From a virus (lineage: Duplodnaviria > Caudoviricetes): a stretch of 24,451 nucleotides of DNA. The position numbers and the translations under genes are program-made. Location of the stretch: the IMG/VR virus record IMGVR_UViG_3300012031_000075, positions 1 through 24,451 of that record; one strand, given 5' to 3'. How positions within the stretch are numbered: position 1 is the first letter of the stretch; every line of letters starts with the position of its first letter. This document shows, in pieces, positions 1 to 8,520 of this stretch. A model generated the notes under the pieces. It had not been told where the DNA came from. It saw nothing but the letters and a program-made list of their open reading frames with translations, and did no database searches.

Positions 1-1
1 G

Positions 2-862
2 GATGAGGATATTGCGTACCATGAGGATAATAATGTTGAGGACCCGAAATGGACCACTGGTATCGAATCCGAATTTTGGATGTGGGCCAAGCCCGTGGCT
101 GGTCATGAATATATTTTAGGTTCGGATGTTAGTAGGGGTGATGGTGAGGATTCATCTACAATATGGATTCTTGATTTTACCACCATGGAACAGGTATTTG
201 AATATCAGGGTAAAGTTCCACCCGATGTTTTAGGGGAAATCATATACGAATATGGAAACATGTACGAAGCTTACAGCGTTATAGATATAACTGGCGGTAT
301 GGGTGTTTCAACGGTGTTAAAGTTGATTGAATTAAAATATAAATACTTACATTATGATGAACCTAGGGGTAAAATTCTTAATAGTAAGAAACACGAGCTT
401 GAATACCACGCAAAGAATGAAAAGATGCCAGGATTCAACGCCAATGGGGTTAGATTACCTATGATTGCACACCTAGAATTTATGATTAGGAGTAATGGTG
501 TTAAAATTAAATCTAGAAGAACGACCTCGGAAATGAAAACGTTTATATATAAGAATGGTAGACCAGACCATCAGGACGGATACCACGATGATTTACTTAT
601 GGCATTGGGTATGCCATTATGGGTATTGGAACATTCGTTTAAAAAATTAAAAAAACTAAAGACACAAAGTAAGGCTATTCTATCTAGTTGGTCCGTTGGT
701 GGTGGTGCGGCTAAACCAGTTAATGCCTATGATAATGGGTTTGTACCCAAATCTGGCAAAAATAAAGCTTCTACGGGTAAACCTAGATTCAATGATGTAA
801 CCGCTAGAAATATGCAAGACCCTAAGGGTGAGTATTTATGGTTATTTAGTGGAACAAGATAA
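2..862 (+). CDS. terL: Terminase large subunit, C-terminal RNase H-like nuclease domain (T4 gp17-like); 5'-truncated by window edge
   Basis: Frame is open from position 2, so the ATG at 80 is internal. Motifs YILGSDVSRGDGEDSS and HDDLLMA are typical of the terminase nuclease domain. Lies upstream of the portal. Confidence 0.9.
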   Translation, partial: DEDIAYHEDNNVEDPKWTTGIESEFWMWAKPVAGHEYILGSDVSRGDGEDSSTIWILDFTTMEQVFEYQGKVPPDVLGEIIYEYGNMYEAYSVIDITGGMGVSTVLKLIELKYKYLHYDEPRGKILNSKKHELEYHAKNEKMPGFNANGVRLPMIAHLEFMIRSNGVKIKSRRTTSEMKTFIYKNGRPDHQDGYHDDLLMALGMPLWVLEHSFKKLKKLKTQSKAILSSWSVGGGAAKPVNAYDNGFVPKSGKNKASTGKPRFNDVTARNMQDPKGEYLWLFSGTR

Positions 863-876
863 AAAATAAATTAGAT

Positions 877-1122
877 ATGAGTTTAGAAGGTAGAAAAGTA
901 TTCGTAAGAAAAAGTGGTGGTGAAAAAGGTGGGGAGTTATACAAATGGACCCCGTTCGATAATCAAAAAGTTAAAAAGAATGAACCTAAGGGCGTATTTT
1001 TTTGTACAACACCTTTAGGTTCACAGGGTAATGATTTTATCTCAACATATTCATTCGTTACGGTAGTAACGGGTAGTGGTGTTGAGAGACAGGCATATGT
1101 ACAGTGTGATTATGTGGAATAA
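877..1122 (+). CDS. Hypothetical protein, 81 aa
   Basis: Fills the gap between terminase and portal; A-rich start context; TAA stop; no recognised motif. Confidence 0.65.
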   Translation: MSLEGRKVFVRKSGGEKGGELYKWTPFDNQKVKKNEPKGVFFCTTPLGSQGNDFISTYSFVTVVTGSGVERQAYVQCDYVE

Positions 1123-1174
1123 CTATTTAATTATATGATTAATTGAGTATATTGAATAAAATTAAAGTAAAATT

Positions 1175-4100
1175 ATGGCTGGAAAGAAATTAACAGTATT
1201 TCAAAGACTAAACAACGTTTTTGGACCAGATGGGATAAATGTACCAAAGGATACTACGAATAGGTATTCTATTGGTAATGACGCATTGATAAAAACTAAG
1301 GATAAAGAAGCATACGATAGGGCTAAACTACAGGCACAACAAAATAAATACCTTGGTGGTATGTGGCGAAAGGTCGATGGTGAGCTTTTTCAACAATCGA
1401 TACATTACGAAACTACTCGTATCGGGTCTTATACCGACTTCGAGGCTATGGAGTTTTATCCAGAAATATCCGCAGCACTTGATATTATGATGGAAGAATG
1501 CTTGGCGGCATCATCAGTTATACCTTTATTAGATGGTACTGAATACACGGTAAAAGAATTACATGATAAAGGTGTAACTAATTTTTGGACCTATGGCGTG
1601 GATATTAAAAGTAATAAAATTAAACCATCTAAAATTGATAGGGTTGTTTTAAAGGGTGAAAAAGATATTTTTAAAATCATACTAGATGATGGCACTGAGT
1701 TATTATCCACCGATAACCATAAATGGTTATCAAACGATGGTTTGTGGGTTGAAACTAAAAGCTTAAAATATGGTGACTCATTAAAAACTATATCTAGAAA
1801 ATTGGATTATAAGGGTTATGAAAAGGTTAGTTTAACTAATTTTAAGGGCGACACTAAATTAACACATATTATTGTCGCTGAAAGTGAAAATATTGAAGAT
1901 AAAAAAAGAATGTTATTGGATGAAAAATCTAATGACCAAAAAATTGTGGTACACCACAAATCATTTAATAAGTTAAATAATAACCCTAATGAATTAGAAT
2001 ATATGTTTTGGGATGACCACCAAAAATTACACACTGATTTAAATAAAGAAAAATGGTCAAATGATGATTTTAGAGTTAAAATGTCAAATATTTTTAGCAA
2101 AACAGCTAAAAAAACATGGGATAAATTAGACACAGTTAATAAAAAATTGCGTATAGAAAAATTACATAAAGGATTAAATGATAAATTAAATTTACTTGAT
2201 GATAAAGGAAAAAAAGAATTTTTAAATAGAGGAGGTGAGCATAGAGTTATTAGTGTTGAACATGTTGGGGTCGAGTCGGTATATGATTTAGTTAATGCAT
2301 CGGCTGATAATTCATTTGGGGTCAAATGTAATAGCGGTATGGTAATTTCTCATAATTGTACCACTACTAATGACAAGGGTAGAATGTTGAACGTTTATTC
2401 GGATTCAAAAAGGGTAAAGACAATATTAGAGGATTTATTTTTCAATAGATTGGATATTCACACATCATTACCAATGTGGACAAGAAACACACCCATTAGA
2501 GAAAATAGTATTATACCACTGTTAGATGGAACTGAAGTGACCATTAAAGAATTATCTAATAGAATTAAAAATGGTGAAGATATTTGGTCTTATGCTATTC
2601 AAGATGATACAAAATCGATTGTCCCAAGTAAAATTATATGGTGTGACCTTACTAGAAAAGATAGTGAATTATATAGGGTTACATTAGATGATGGAACACA
2701 TGTTGATACAACACCTGACCACGAATATATGCTTAGAGATGGTTCTTTTAAGAGGGCTGATAGTTTAACTGTTGGACAATCACTAATGCCTTTTTATTCT
2801 AAAAAAGAAAAAATTAAAAATAGTGATTCTAATGGTTATGAAAAAGTGTTCAACCCCAATTCTAATAAATTTGAGTTTACTCATAGAGTTGTCGTTAGAG
2901 AAGATGGTAGGGATTTATCTAGCGAGAAAAAAGAAAAATCTATTTTTGTATCACACCACGTAGATTTTAATAAATTAAATAATAACCCATCTAATTTATT
3001 GAGAATGAAAAGTTCTGACCACACTAAATTGCACAATAAAATGAGTGAGATTGGTACTAAGGTTTTAAAAAGGGTAGATGTGGTTGAAAAAAGAATGTCT
3101 GGAATAGATAAGTATCTTAGGTCGGATGCTAGAAAAAAACGTTTATCAGAAGAAATGAAAGGTGTCTACCCTACATATTTTCAAGAATACAATTCAAGTG
3201 ATTTACATACAGAACACAATGAAATACGTTCAGAAAAAATGTTAGAGAATTGGGGTTCTAATGAATTTATTAAGAAAACCAAAAAAGGAATGACAATCGA
3301 AATCACTGATGAGTGCTTGAAATATATTACTAATTTAATAATTTCAAGTGAAACTTATGTTGGCGTAAACAAATTAGCCGATTTACTTAAAAATGATAAA
3401 GATTTTATAAAACTTTTTAAAATAAAATACACACTAAGAAAAGATATTCAAAAATCAATTAATACCACAACACTAAAGAAAGTTATTTTTAGAAAAACAG
3501 GTAAAAATTATTTTGATTATGTGATATCAATTAAACCAAGTTTAGTCTTAGACAAATCTTATGCTAAAGCTAAATCAATTTATTTGGGTAAAACTAAAGA
3601 AAAATCATTATTAAACCATAAGGTTGTTTCGGTCATTAAATTAGATGAAACATCAGATGTATATTGTTTAGAAGCCGTTGGACCCAATGGGGAAGATGAT
3701 AGACATAACTTCCCTGTGTGCGGTAAAGATGTAACTGGTTCAACATCAAGAAGTTCTGGTGTATTTTTAATGAATTGTAAGTATGGTGATAACTTTGTAT
3801 TCTTGAATATAGATGATAAGGCTGGTGTTATGGGAGTTAGACAATTACCTAACTTTGAGATAGAAAGACGTGAAGGTGATTTATATAATAGATTATTAGT
3901 TGGTAGGTCTCCAAGTGGTGGTGACGATACGGATGAAAATAAGGTTAAATTTTATTGGAGGGGTAAGGATGTTGAATTTAATTCTTGGCAAATTGCCCAC
4001 TTTAGATTATTAGGTGACGATAGAAGATTACCTTACGGCACGAGCGTTTTGGAAAAAGGTAGACGTATTTGGAAACAATTATTATTATCAGAGGATGCGA

Positions 4101-6709
4101 TGCTTATATATCGTATTACAAGAGCACCAGAAAGAAGAGTATATAAAATTTACGTTGGTAACATCGATGATGAAGATGTTCCAGCATACGTTGATGAAAT
4201 AGCGAATAGATTTAAGAGAACACCAATTATGGATGCTCAAACTGGTCAAATAGATTTGAAATACAATCAAATGGCAAATGACCAGGATTTCTTTATTCCA
4301 GTTAGGTCTGAAGATGCACCAAACCCAATAGACACTTTGGCTGGTGCTTGTGTGGCACTGGATACTAAGATACCACTTTTAGATGGTAGAACATTAGAAC
4401 TTAATGAAATTATATCAGAATGGGATGGTGGTAATAGGAATTTATGGGTGTATTCTTGTGACCCTAAAACGGGTGCTGTAGCCCCAGGAATGATTACATG
4501 GGCTGGAGAAACTAGACAAGATGCTGAAGTGTTAAAAATCACCTTAGATAATGGTGAGTCGATTACAACCACTCCAGACCATAAATGGGTTCATAGAACA
4601 AAAGGTTTCATTGAAGCACAGGATTTGGTTGAGGGTGATTCGTTGATGCCGTTTTATAGAGACACTAAAAAGATTAAAGCAAACACTAATGAGTATGAGC
4701 GTGTTTGGGATTCAGCTAAAAAAGAATGGATTTTTACACATAGAATGGTTACGGATTATTTTACAACTGAAAATGATGTAATTAAAGAATTTATTTTTGA
4801 TAAAAAATATACTAATAAGATAAAAAATATTAGACATCACAAAGACCATGATAGATTTAATAATAACCCCAATAATTTAGTTTTTATGAATGGCGGTGAC
4901 CATATGAAATATCACCAATCAGTAATAATGAAAACTATATGGGCAAACCCAGAAGAAAATATTAAAAAAATTAGGAAAGGTATTAATAAATTTATTAATA
5001 ACCAAACCGATAGTGAACGTGAAATTAGAGGAAAACAATCTAGAATTAATTCTATTAATTCTAGAAATAAATCAAATGAAACATTTAATAATAACCCAAA
5101 TAAATCTGACTTAATTAAATTAAGGGGTAATGTAATTAGTATTACTAAATCAACTGATGATTTTAAAGAATCATTTTCAATAATTGCTAAGAATAATTGG
5201 AGGTCAAAAGAATATAGAGATAAAGTATTTAGTAAAAAACAAACAATAACATTTACTGATGAACTTTATAATATGTTTTTGGGAATGTTTAAACTAAATG
5301 GTAAAGCCGATTTAACATTAATTGAACTTAATAATTCAATTGATTTTATAAATGAATTTAAATCCACAAACAAAGATATTAGAAGTTCAATGGCCAACCT
5401 AAACGAATTTACTAGAAATCATTTAGATAAAATGCTAAAAAAACGTGGTTTTAAAAATTATAGAGAATGGTGTAAAGTTACCGCAGAAGAATTAGGGTAT
5501 AAAAATGTTAGAGCTTGGAGATATTATATAGAAAAAGAAAATAAATTATCTAATATCGAAGTTAATTATAACCATAAAATAGTTAATATTGAGAGATTAA
5601 AAAATAGGATAAATACTGGAACTATTACTGTAGATGGTGACGAAAAATATCATAATTATCACACATTTGCTTGTGAATCAGGGGTCTATATTAAAAATTC
5701 TAATTTGGACCAGATTGCGGATATTGAATACTTACAAAGAAAGTTATTTACGGCACTTAGGGTTCCTAAATCATTTTTAGGTTTTGATGAACCAACTGGT
5801 GAAGGTAAAAACTTGGCCTTACAGGATATTAGATTTACAAGGACCGTAAACAGAATACAACAATCAATGATTCAAGAATTAAATAAGGTTGCTATTTTGC
5901 ACTTATTTTTATTAGGGCTTGAAGATGAGTTGGATAACTTTACCCTTACATTGAATAACCCATCAACGCAAGCAGAAATGCTTAAGGTTGAGCACATGTC
6001 CGCTAAGGTCGCATTATTTAAAGATGCGGTTTCCGATGCTGGTAATGGTTTTAGTGTTATGTCCATGACTAGAGGTAAGAGGGAAATTATGGGTTGGTCC
6101 GATGATGAAATTAAACAGGATTTACTTGAACAAAGATTAGAGAAGGCAGCTGCGGCTGAAATGGAGAATACTTCAAATGTTATTAAGCATACGGGTATGT
6201 TCGACCAAGTTGATAGAGTTTATGGAGATATAGAAGCTGCCAAGAAAGGTGGTCAATCCGAAGATGGTGAAGATGGTGAAGGTGGCGGTGATGCTGGTGG
6301 AGGCGGATTCGGTGGTGGCGGTATGGGCGGCCTAGATTTCGGTGAAGGTGGTGACGAAGGTGATGATGGTCTAGATTTCGATGAAGATGAAGGTGGTGCC
6401 GAAGGTGGTGATGACGGTCTTGACTTCGGAGAAGGTGGTGATGATGGAGATGGTGAGTTAGGGGTTGAACCAGATGCTACGGAAGAAACATTTAAAAGAA
6501 TGGACAACCTAATTATCGAGCAAAAGAATAAATTATCCGCTAGGAAAAAAAAATATAAAAACATTTACTCCGATAAGTTGATAAATTCCATAATCCCGAC
6601 TGAAAAGGAAATTGTAAACGAAAGGGTCAAGTTCCAGGATAAGAATTTAAAAATTAATGAGAATATAAATAGCATGATAAACGATATTGACAAAATGTTA
6701 GATGAATAA
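1175..6709 (+). CDS. Portal protein (T4 gp20-like) precursor with three inteins; spliced product about 680 aa
   Basis: Extein motifs YPEISAALDI, EDAMLIYRITRAPERRVYKIYVGN, DFFIP, IDTLAG, YLQRKLFTALRVP. Position between terminase and protease. 1844-286-428-450=680 aa. Confidence 0.95.
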   Translation: MAGKKLTVFQRLNNVFGPDGINVPKDTTNRYSIGNDALIKTKDKEAYDRAKLQAQQNKYLGGMWRKVDGELFQQSIHYETTRIGSYTDFEAMEFYPEISAALDIMMEECLAASSVIPLLDGTEYTVKELHDKGVTNFWTYGVDIKSNKIKPSKIDRVVLKGEKDIFKIILDDGTELLSTDNHKWLSNDGLWVETKSLKYGDSLKTISRKLDYKGYEKVSLTNFKGDTKLTHIIVAESENIEDKKRMLLDEKSNDQKIVVHHKSFNKLNNNPNELEYMFWDDHQKLHTDLNKEKWSNDDFRVKMSNIFSKTAKKTWDKLDTVNKKLRIEKLHKGLNDKLNLLDDKGKKEFLNRGGEHRVISVEHVGVESVYDLVNASADNSFGVKCNSGMVISHNCTTTNDKGRMLNVYSDSKRVKTILEDLFFNRLDIHTSLPMWTRNTPIRENSIIPLLDGTEVTIKELSNRIKNGEDIWSYAIQDDTKSIVPSKIIWCDLTRKDSELYRVTLDDGTHVDTTPDHEYMLRDGSFKRADSLTVGQSLMPFYSKKEKIKNSDSNGYEKVFNPNSNKFEFTHRVVVREDGRDLSSEKKEKSIFVSHHVDFNKLNNNPSNLLRMKSSDHTKLHNKMSEIGTKVLKRVDVVEKRMSGIDKYLRSDARKKRLSEEMKGVYPTYFQEYNSSDLHTEHNEIRSEKMLENWGSNEFIKKTKKGMTIEITDECLKYITNLIISSETYVGVNKLADLLKNDKDFIKLFKIKYTLRKDIQKSINTTTLKKVIFRKTGKNYFDYVISIKPSLVLDKSYAKAKSIYLGKTKEKSLLNHKVVSVIKLDETSDVYCLEAVGPNGEDDRHNFPVCGKDVTGSTSRSSGVFLMNCKYGDNFVFLNIDDKAGVMGVRQLPNFEIERREGDLYNRLLVGRSPSGGDDTDENKVKFYWRGKDVEFNSWQIAHFRLLGDDRRLPYGTSVLEKGRRIWKQLLLSEDAMLIYRITRAPERRVYKIYVGNIDDEDVPAYVDEIANRFKRTPIMDAQTGQIDLKYNQMANDQDFFIPVRSEDAPNPIDTLAGACVALDTKIPLLDGRTLELNEIISEWDGGNRNLWVYSCDPKTGAVAPGMITWAGETRQDAEVLKITLDNGESITTTPDHKWVHRTKGFIEAQDLVEGDSLMPFYRDTKKIKANTNEYERVWDSAKKEWIFTHRMVTDYFTTENDVIKEFIFDKKYTNKIKNIRHHKDHDRFNNNPNNLVFMNGGDHMKYHQSVIMKTIWANPEENIKKIRKGINKFINNQTDSEREIRGKQSRINSINSRNKSNETFNNNPNKSDLIKLRGNVISITKSTDDFKESFSIIAKNNWRSKEYRDKVFSKKQTITFTDELYNMFLGMFKLNGKADLTLIELNNSIDFINEFKSTNKDIRSSMANLNEFTRNHLDKMLKKRGFKNYREWCKVTAEELGYKNVRAWRYYIEKENKLSNIEVNYNHKIVNIERLKNRINTGTITVDGDEKYHNYHTFACESGVYIKNSNLDQIADIEYLQRKLFTALRVPKSFLGFDEPTGEGKNLALQDIRFTRTVNRIQQSMIQELNKVAILHLFLLGLEDELDNFTLTLNNPSTQAEMLKVEHMSAKVALFKDAVSDAGNGFSVMSMTRGKREIMGWSDDEIKQDLLEQRLEKAAAAEMENTSNVIKHTGMFDQVDRVYGDIEAAKKGGQSEDGEDGEGGGDAGGGGFGGGGMGGLDFGEGGDEGDDGLDFDEDEGGAEGGDDGLDFGEGGDDGDGELGVEPDATEETFKRMDNLIIEQKNKLSARKKKYKNIYSDKLINSIIPTEKEIVNERVKFQDKNLKINENINSMINDIDKMLDE
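1499..2356 (+). mobile_element. Portal intein 1 (286 aa, C109-N394), class 1, with HNH-type endonuclease motif
   Basis: Starts CLAASSVIPLLDG; block B STDNHKW; block F VYDL; ends SHN followed by +1 Cys; internal VVHHKSFNKLNNNPNEL. Confidence 0.92.
2492..3775 (+). mobile_element. Portal intein 2 (428 aa, P440-N867), non-canonical Pro1 start, block F Cys, HNH motif
   Basis: PIRENSIIPLLDG aligns without gaps to the N-termini of the other two inteins. Block B TTPDHEY; block F VYCL; ends FLMN followed by +1 Cys; internal SHHVDFNKLNNNPSNL. Removal gives WTRNT-CKYGDNF. Confidence 0.85.
4349..5698 (+). mobile_element. Portal intein 3 (450 aa, C1059-N1508) with HNH motif
   Basis: Starts CVALDTKIPLLDG; block B TTPDHKW; ends GVYIKN followed by +1 Ser; internal RHHKDHDRFNNNPNNL. 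Removal gives IDTLAGA-SNLDQIADIEY. Confidence 0.92.
6253..6480 (+). repeat. Gly/Asp/Glu low-complexity coding tract in the portal C-terminus with three GLDF repeats
   Basis: GGLDFGEGGDEGDDGLDFDEDEGGAEGGDDGLDFGEGGDD, encoded by GGT/GAT/GAA-rich DNA. Confidence 0.8.
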
Positions 6710-6753
6710 GACTTTTTGTCATTAGAAAACTATTTATTAATAAATAACAAAAT

Positions 6754-7530
6754 ATGAAAAATTTCGGACTAATAAAAGATTCATACAACACAATACTTTC
6801 TGAAAGTATTGGTAGTAAACGTCTTAATAGTAAGTTACTTTTTAAGAATTATCTTAAACAGATAAAGGAAAATAAAGTACTTAGAACACAATTTTTAATA
6901 TATAAAAATATTGAGGATATGGTCGAGGTTAACGAAACTAAAGCTATTGAATATATTAGGGAGAATATTTCTTTGATGGGTAAATATACCAAACAGGAGA
7001 TATTGGATGCTAATAAACTTTTAGAATCAAAGATACCAACATCATTAAAAGAAGGTAGTGTATATACTAACGATAAGGTTAAGGAATTACATGAAAATAT
7101 TTCTATATTAATTTTAACTAAAAAAACGGCCAGTTCCGTTGGTGAAATTGTCGAGGCGACATTGAAGGTTGCTGAATATATTAACAATAATCAGGTTAAG
7201 GTTATTAATGAGGACCTTGGGGTGCCAACTAGTTTAATATCGAATATTGCGGTAGAGAAATTCAATGAAAAATATATTTCATTAAACGAGACCGAAAGAA
7301 AAGTTATTAACCTAATTATGGATTCAAGTGTTGAGAATAGGTCAACGTTTTTTAATGAATCGGTTAAGGGTTGTTTAACCCAGATAAACGAAAAATTAAA
7401 AGAATCCGATTCGTCAGTAAAAGAAAGCCTATTATTGGCAAAGGAAAATTTACTGGATAGAAAATTTAACGATACCACCTTTATTAGTGATATCTCAAAA
7501 ATTTTAGAGTTAAATGAGGATTTAAAATAA
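6754..7530 (+). CDS. Hypothetical helical protein, possible prohead core component
   Basis: 258 aa directly after the portal; TATTTAT motif upstream; many L/I-x-E motifs (ILSES, INED, LNET, LKES, LNED). Confidence 0.6.
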   Translation: MKNFGLIKDSYNTILSESIGSKRLNSKLLFKNYLKQIKENKVLRTQFLIYKNIEDMVEVNETKAIEYIRENISLMGKYTKQEILDANKLLESKIPTSLKEGSVYTNDKVKELHENISILILTKKTASSVGEIVEATLKVAEYINNNQVKVINEDLGVPTSLISNIAVEKFNEKYISLNETERKVINLIMDSSVENRSTFFNESVKGCLTQINEKLKESDSSVKESLLLAKENLLDRKFNDTTFISDISKILELNEDLK

Positions 7531-7609
7531 ATTTTTTAACTAGGGAGATAATATTGAGCCGTTAAGAATGATAGGCTCGCACGTATGTATTATGAATATA
7601 TAAATAGTT

Positions 7610-7945
7610 ATGGATAGAAAAGAAGGAAAAGAAGGTATGGATGGGTGGAATGAATATTCTAAATTAGTTTTAGCTGAACTCGAACGTTTAAACGATAACG
7701 ATACTAAGATTAAAGAAAGCCTAATGGAGATAAATTTTAAACTTAATAAGGTGGAATCTTTTGAAAGGGATATGGATATAATCCAAAAGTGGAAGAGGTA
7801 TATGGATGATGTGGCAACACCTAACACACTTAAGGAGATAAAGGCCGATGTTACCGCATTGAACACGTTTAAGACTGTGGCTACGACTGTTTGGGCCGTT
7901 GTGCAGATAGCCTTCGGTATTTTTGTTGCTTTAATAAATAGATAA
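7610..7945 (+). CDS. Coiled-coil protein with one C-terminal transmembrane segment
   Basis: Charged helical N-terminal region and hydrophobic tail VATTVWAVVQIAFGIFVALINR. Confidence 0.65.
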   Translation: MDRKEGKEGMDGWNEYSKLVLAELERLNDNDTKIKESLMEINFKLNKVESFERDMDIIQKWKRYMDDVATPNTLKEIKADVTALNTFKTVATTVWAVVQIAFGIFVALINR

Positions 7946-7952
7946 CTGGGTA

Positions 7953-7983
7953 TTGACTTTTAGACATTATAGACTTATATTAG
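7953..7983 (+). promoter_or_regulatory. Host-type promoter candidate
   Basis: TTGACT-N17-TATATT (equivalently TTG-N20-TATATTAG) ending just before the ATG at 8000. Confidence 0.5.
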
Positions 7984-7999
7984 TGTAAATTTTAATTAC

Positions 8000-8440
8000 A
8001 TGATAAGCAAAAAGGGTAAGCAACTAATAATTAACGAATATACTAATTTTAATATAGTTTCTGGTACGGTAGATAATAAGAAACCTAAATCATTATACAT
8101 AAACATATCGGCATGGGCCGAACCATTATTAGAAGATGAAAATATCCCTTATAAGGATATTATTAAAGAAATAAGTAAAAGAATTAAAACGGAACTCTAT
8201 AATAAAATAGACCCCAAACTATTCCAAGTCAATAAGAATATAATTGATTTCAATATGAGAGAATCTGGGATTAGTTTTGGTAAAAGAAGTTATATGTCCT
8301 GTGAAATAACATTATTCCAATTACATAGCTTTAAGATTCAAGAAAAGGTTATACAGGATAGCTTAGATGAATTGATTGATAATTTATTAGAAAATATATT
8401 TAAAAGAGAAAAATATTTTAAATATTATAAAAGAAAATAA
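8000..8440 (+). CDS. Hypothetical protein, 146 aa
   Basis: Intact ORF flanked by a candidate promoter and a terminator; no recognised motif. Confidence 0.7.
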   Translation: MISKKGKQLIINEYTNFNIVSGTVDNKKPKSLYINISAWAEPLLEDENIPYKDIIKEISKRIKTELYNKIDPKLFQVNKNIIDFNMRESGISFGKRSYMSCEITLFQLHSFKIQEKVIQDSLDELIDNLLENIFKREKYFKYYKRK

Positions 8441-8454
8441 AAGTATTTTAAACT

Positions 8455-8480
8455 AAACCCCGACTTATCGGGGTTTTTTT
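8455..8480 (+). terminator. Rho-independent terminator
   Basis: AAACCCCGA-ctta-TCGGGGTTT followed by a T run. Confidence 0.85.
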
Positions 8481-8492
8481 ATTAGTATGATA

Positions 8493-8499
8493 TATTTAT
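8493..8499 (+). promoter_or_regulatory. Putative phage late promoter core TATTTAT
   Basis: Between the terminator and the protease ATG; the same motif recurs ahead of several structural genes. Confidence 0.5.
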
Positions 8500-8520
8500 T
8501 AGTATAAAAAGAAAATAACT

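Noticed and set aside
6253-6564. Pro/Ser-rich 103-aa ORF on the - strand
   Set aside because: Antisense shadow of the Gly/Asp/Glu-rich portal tail.
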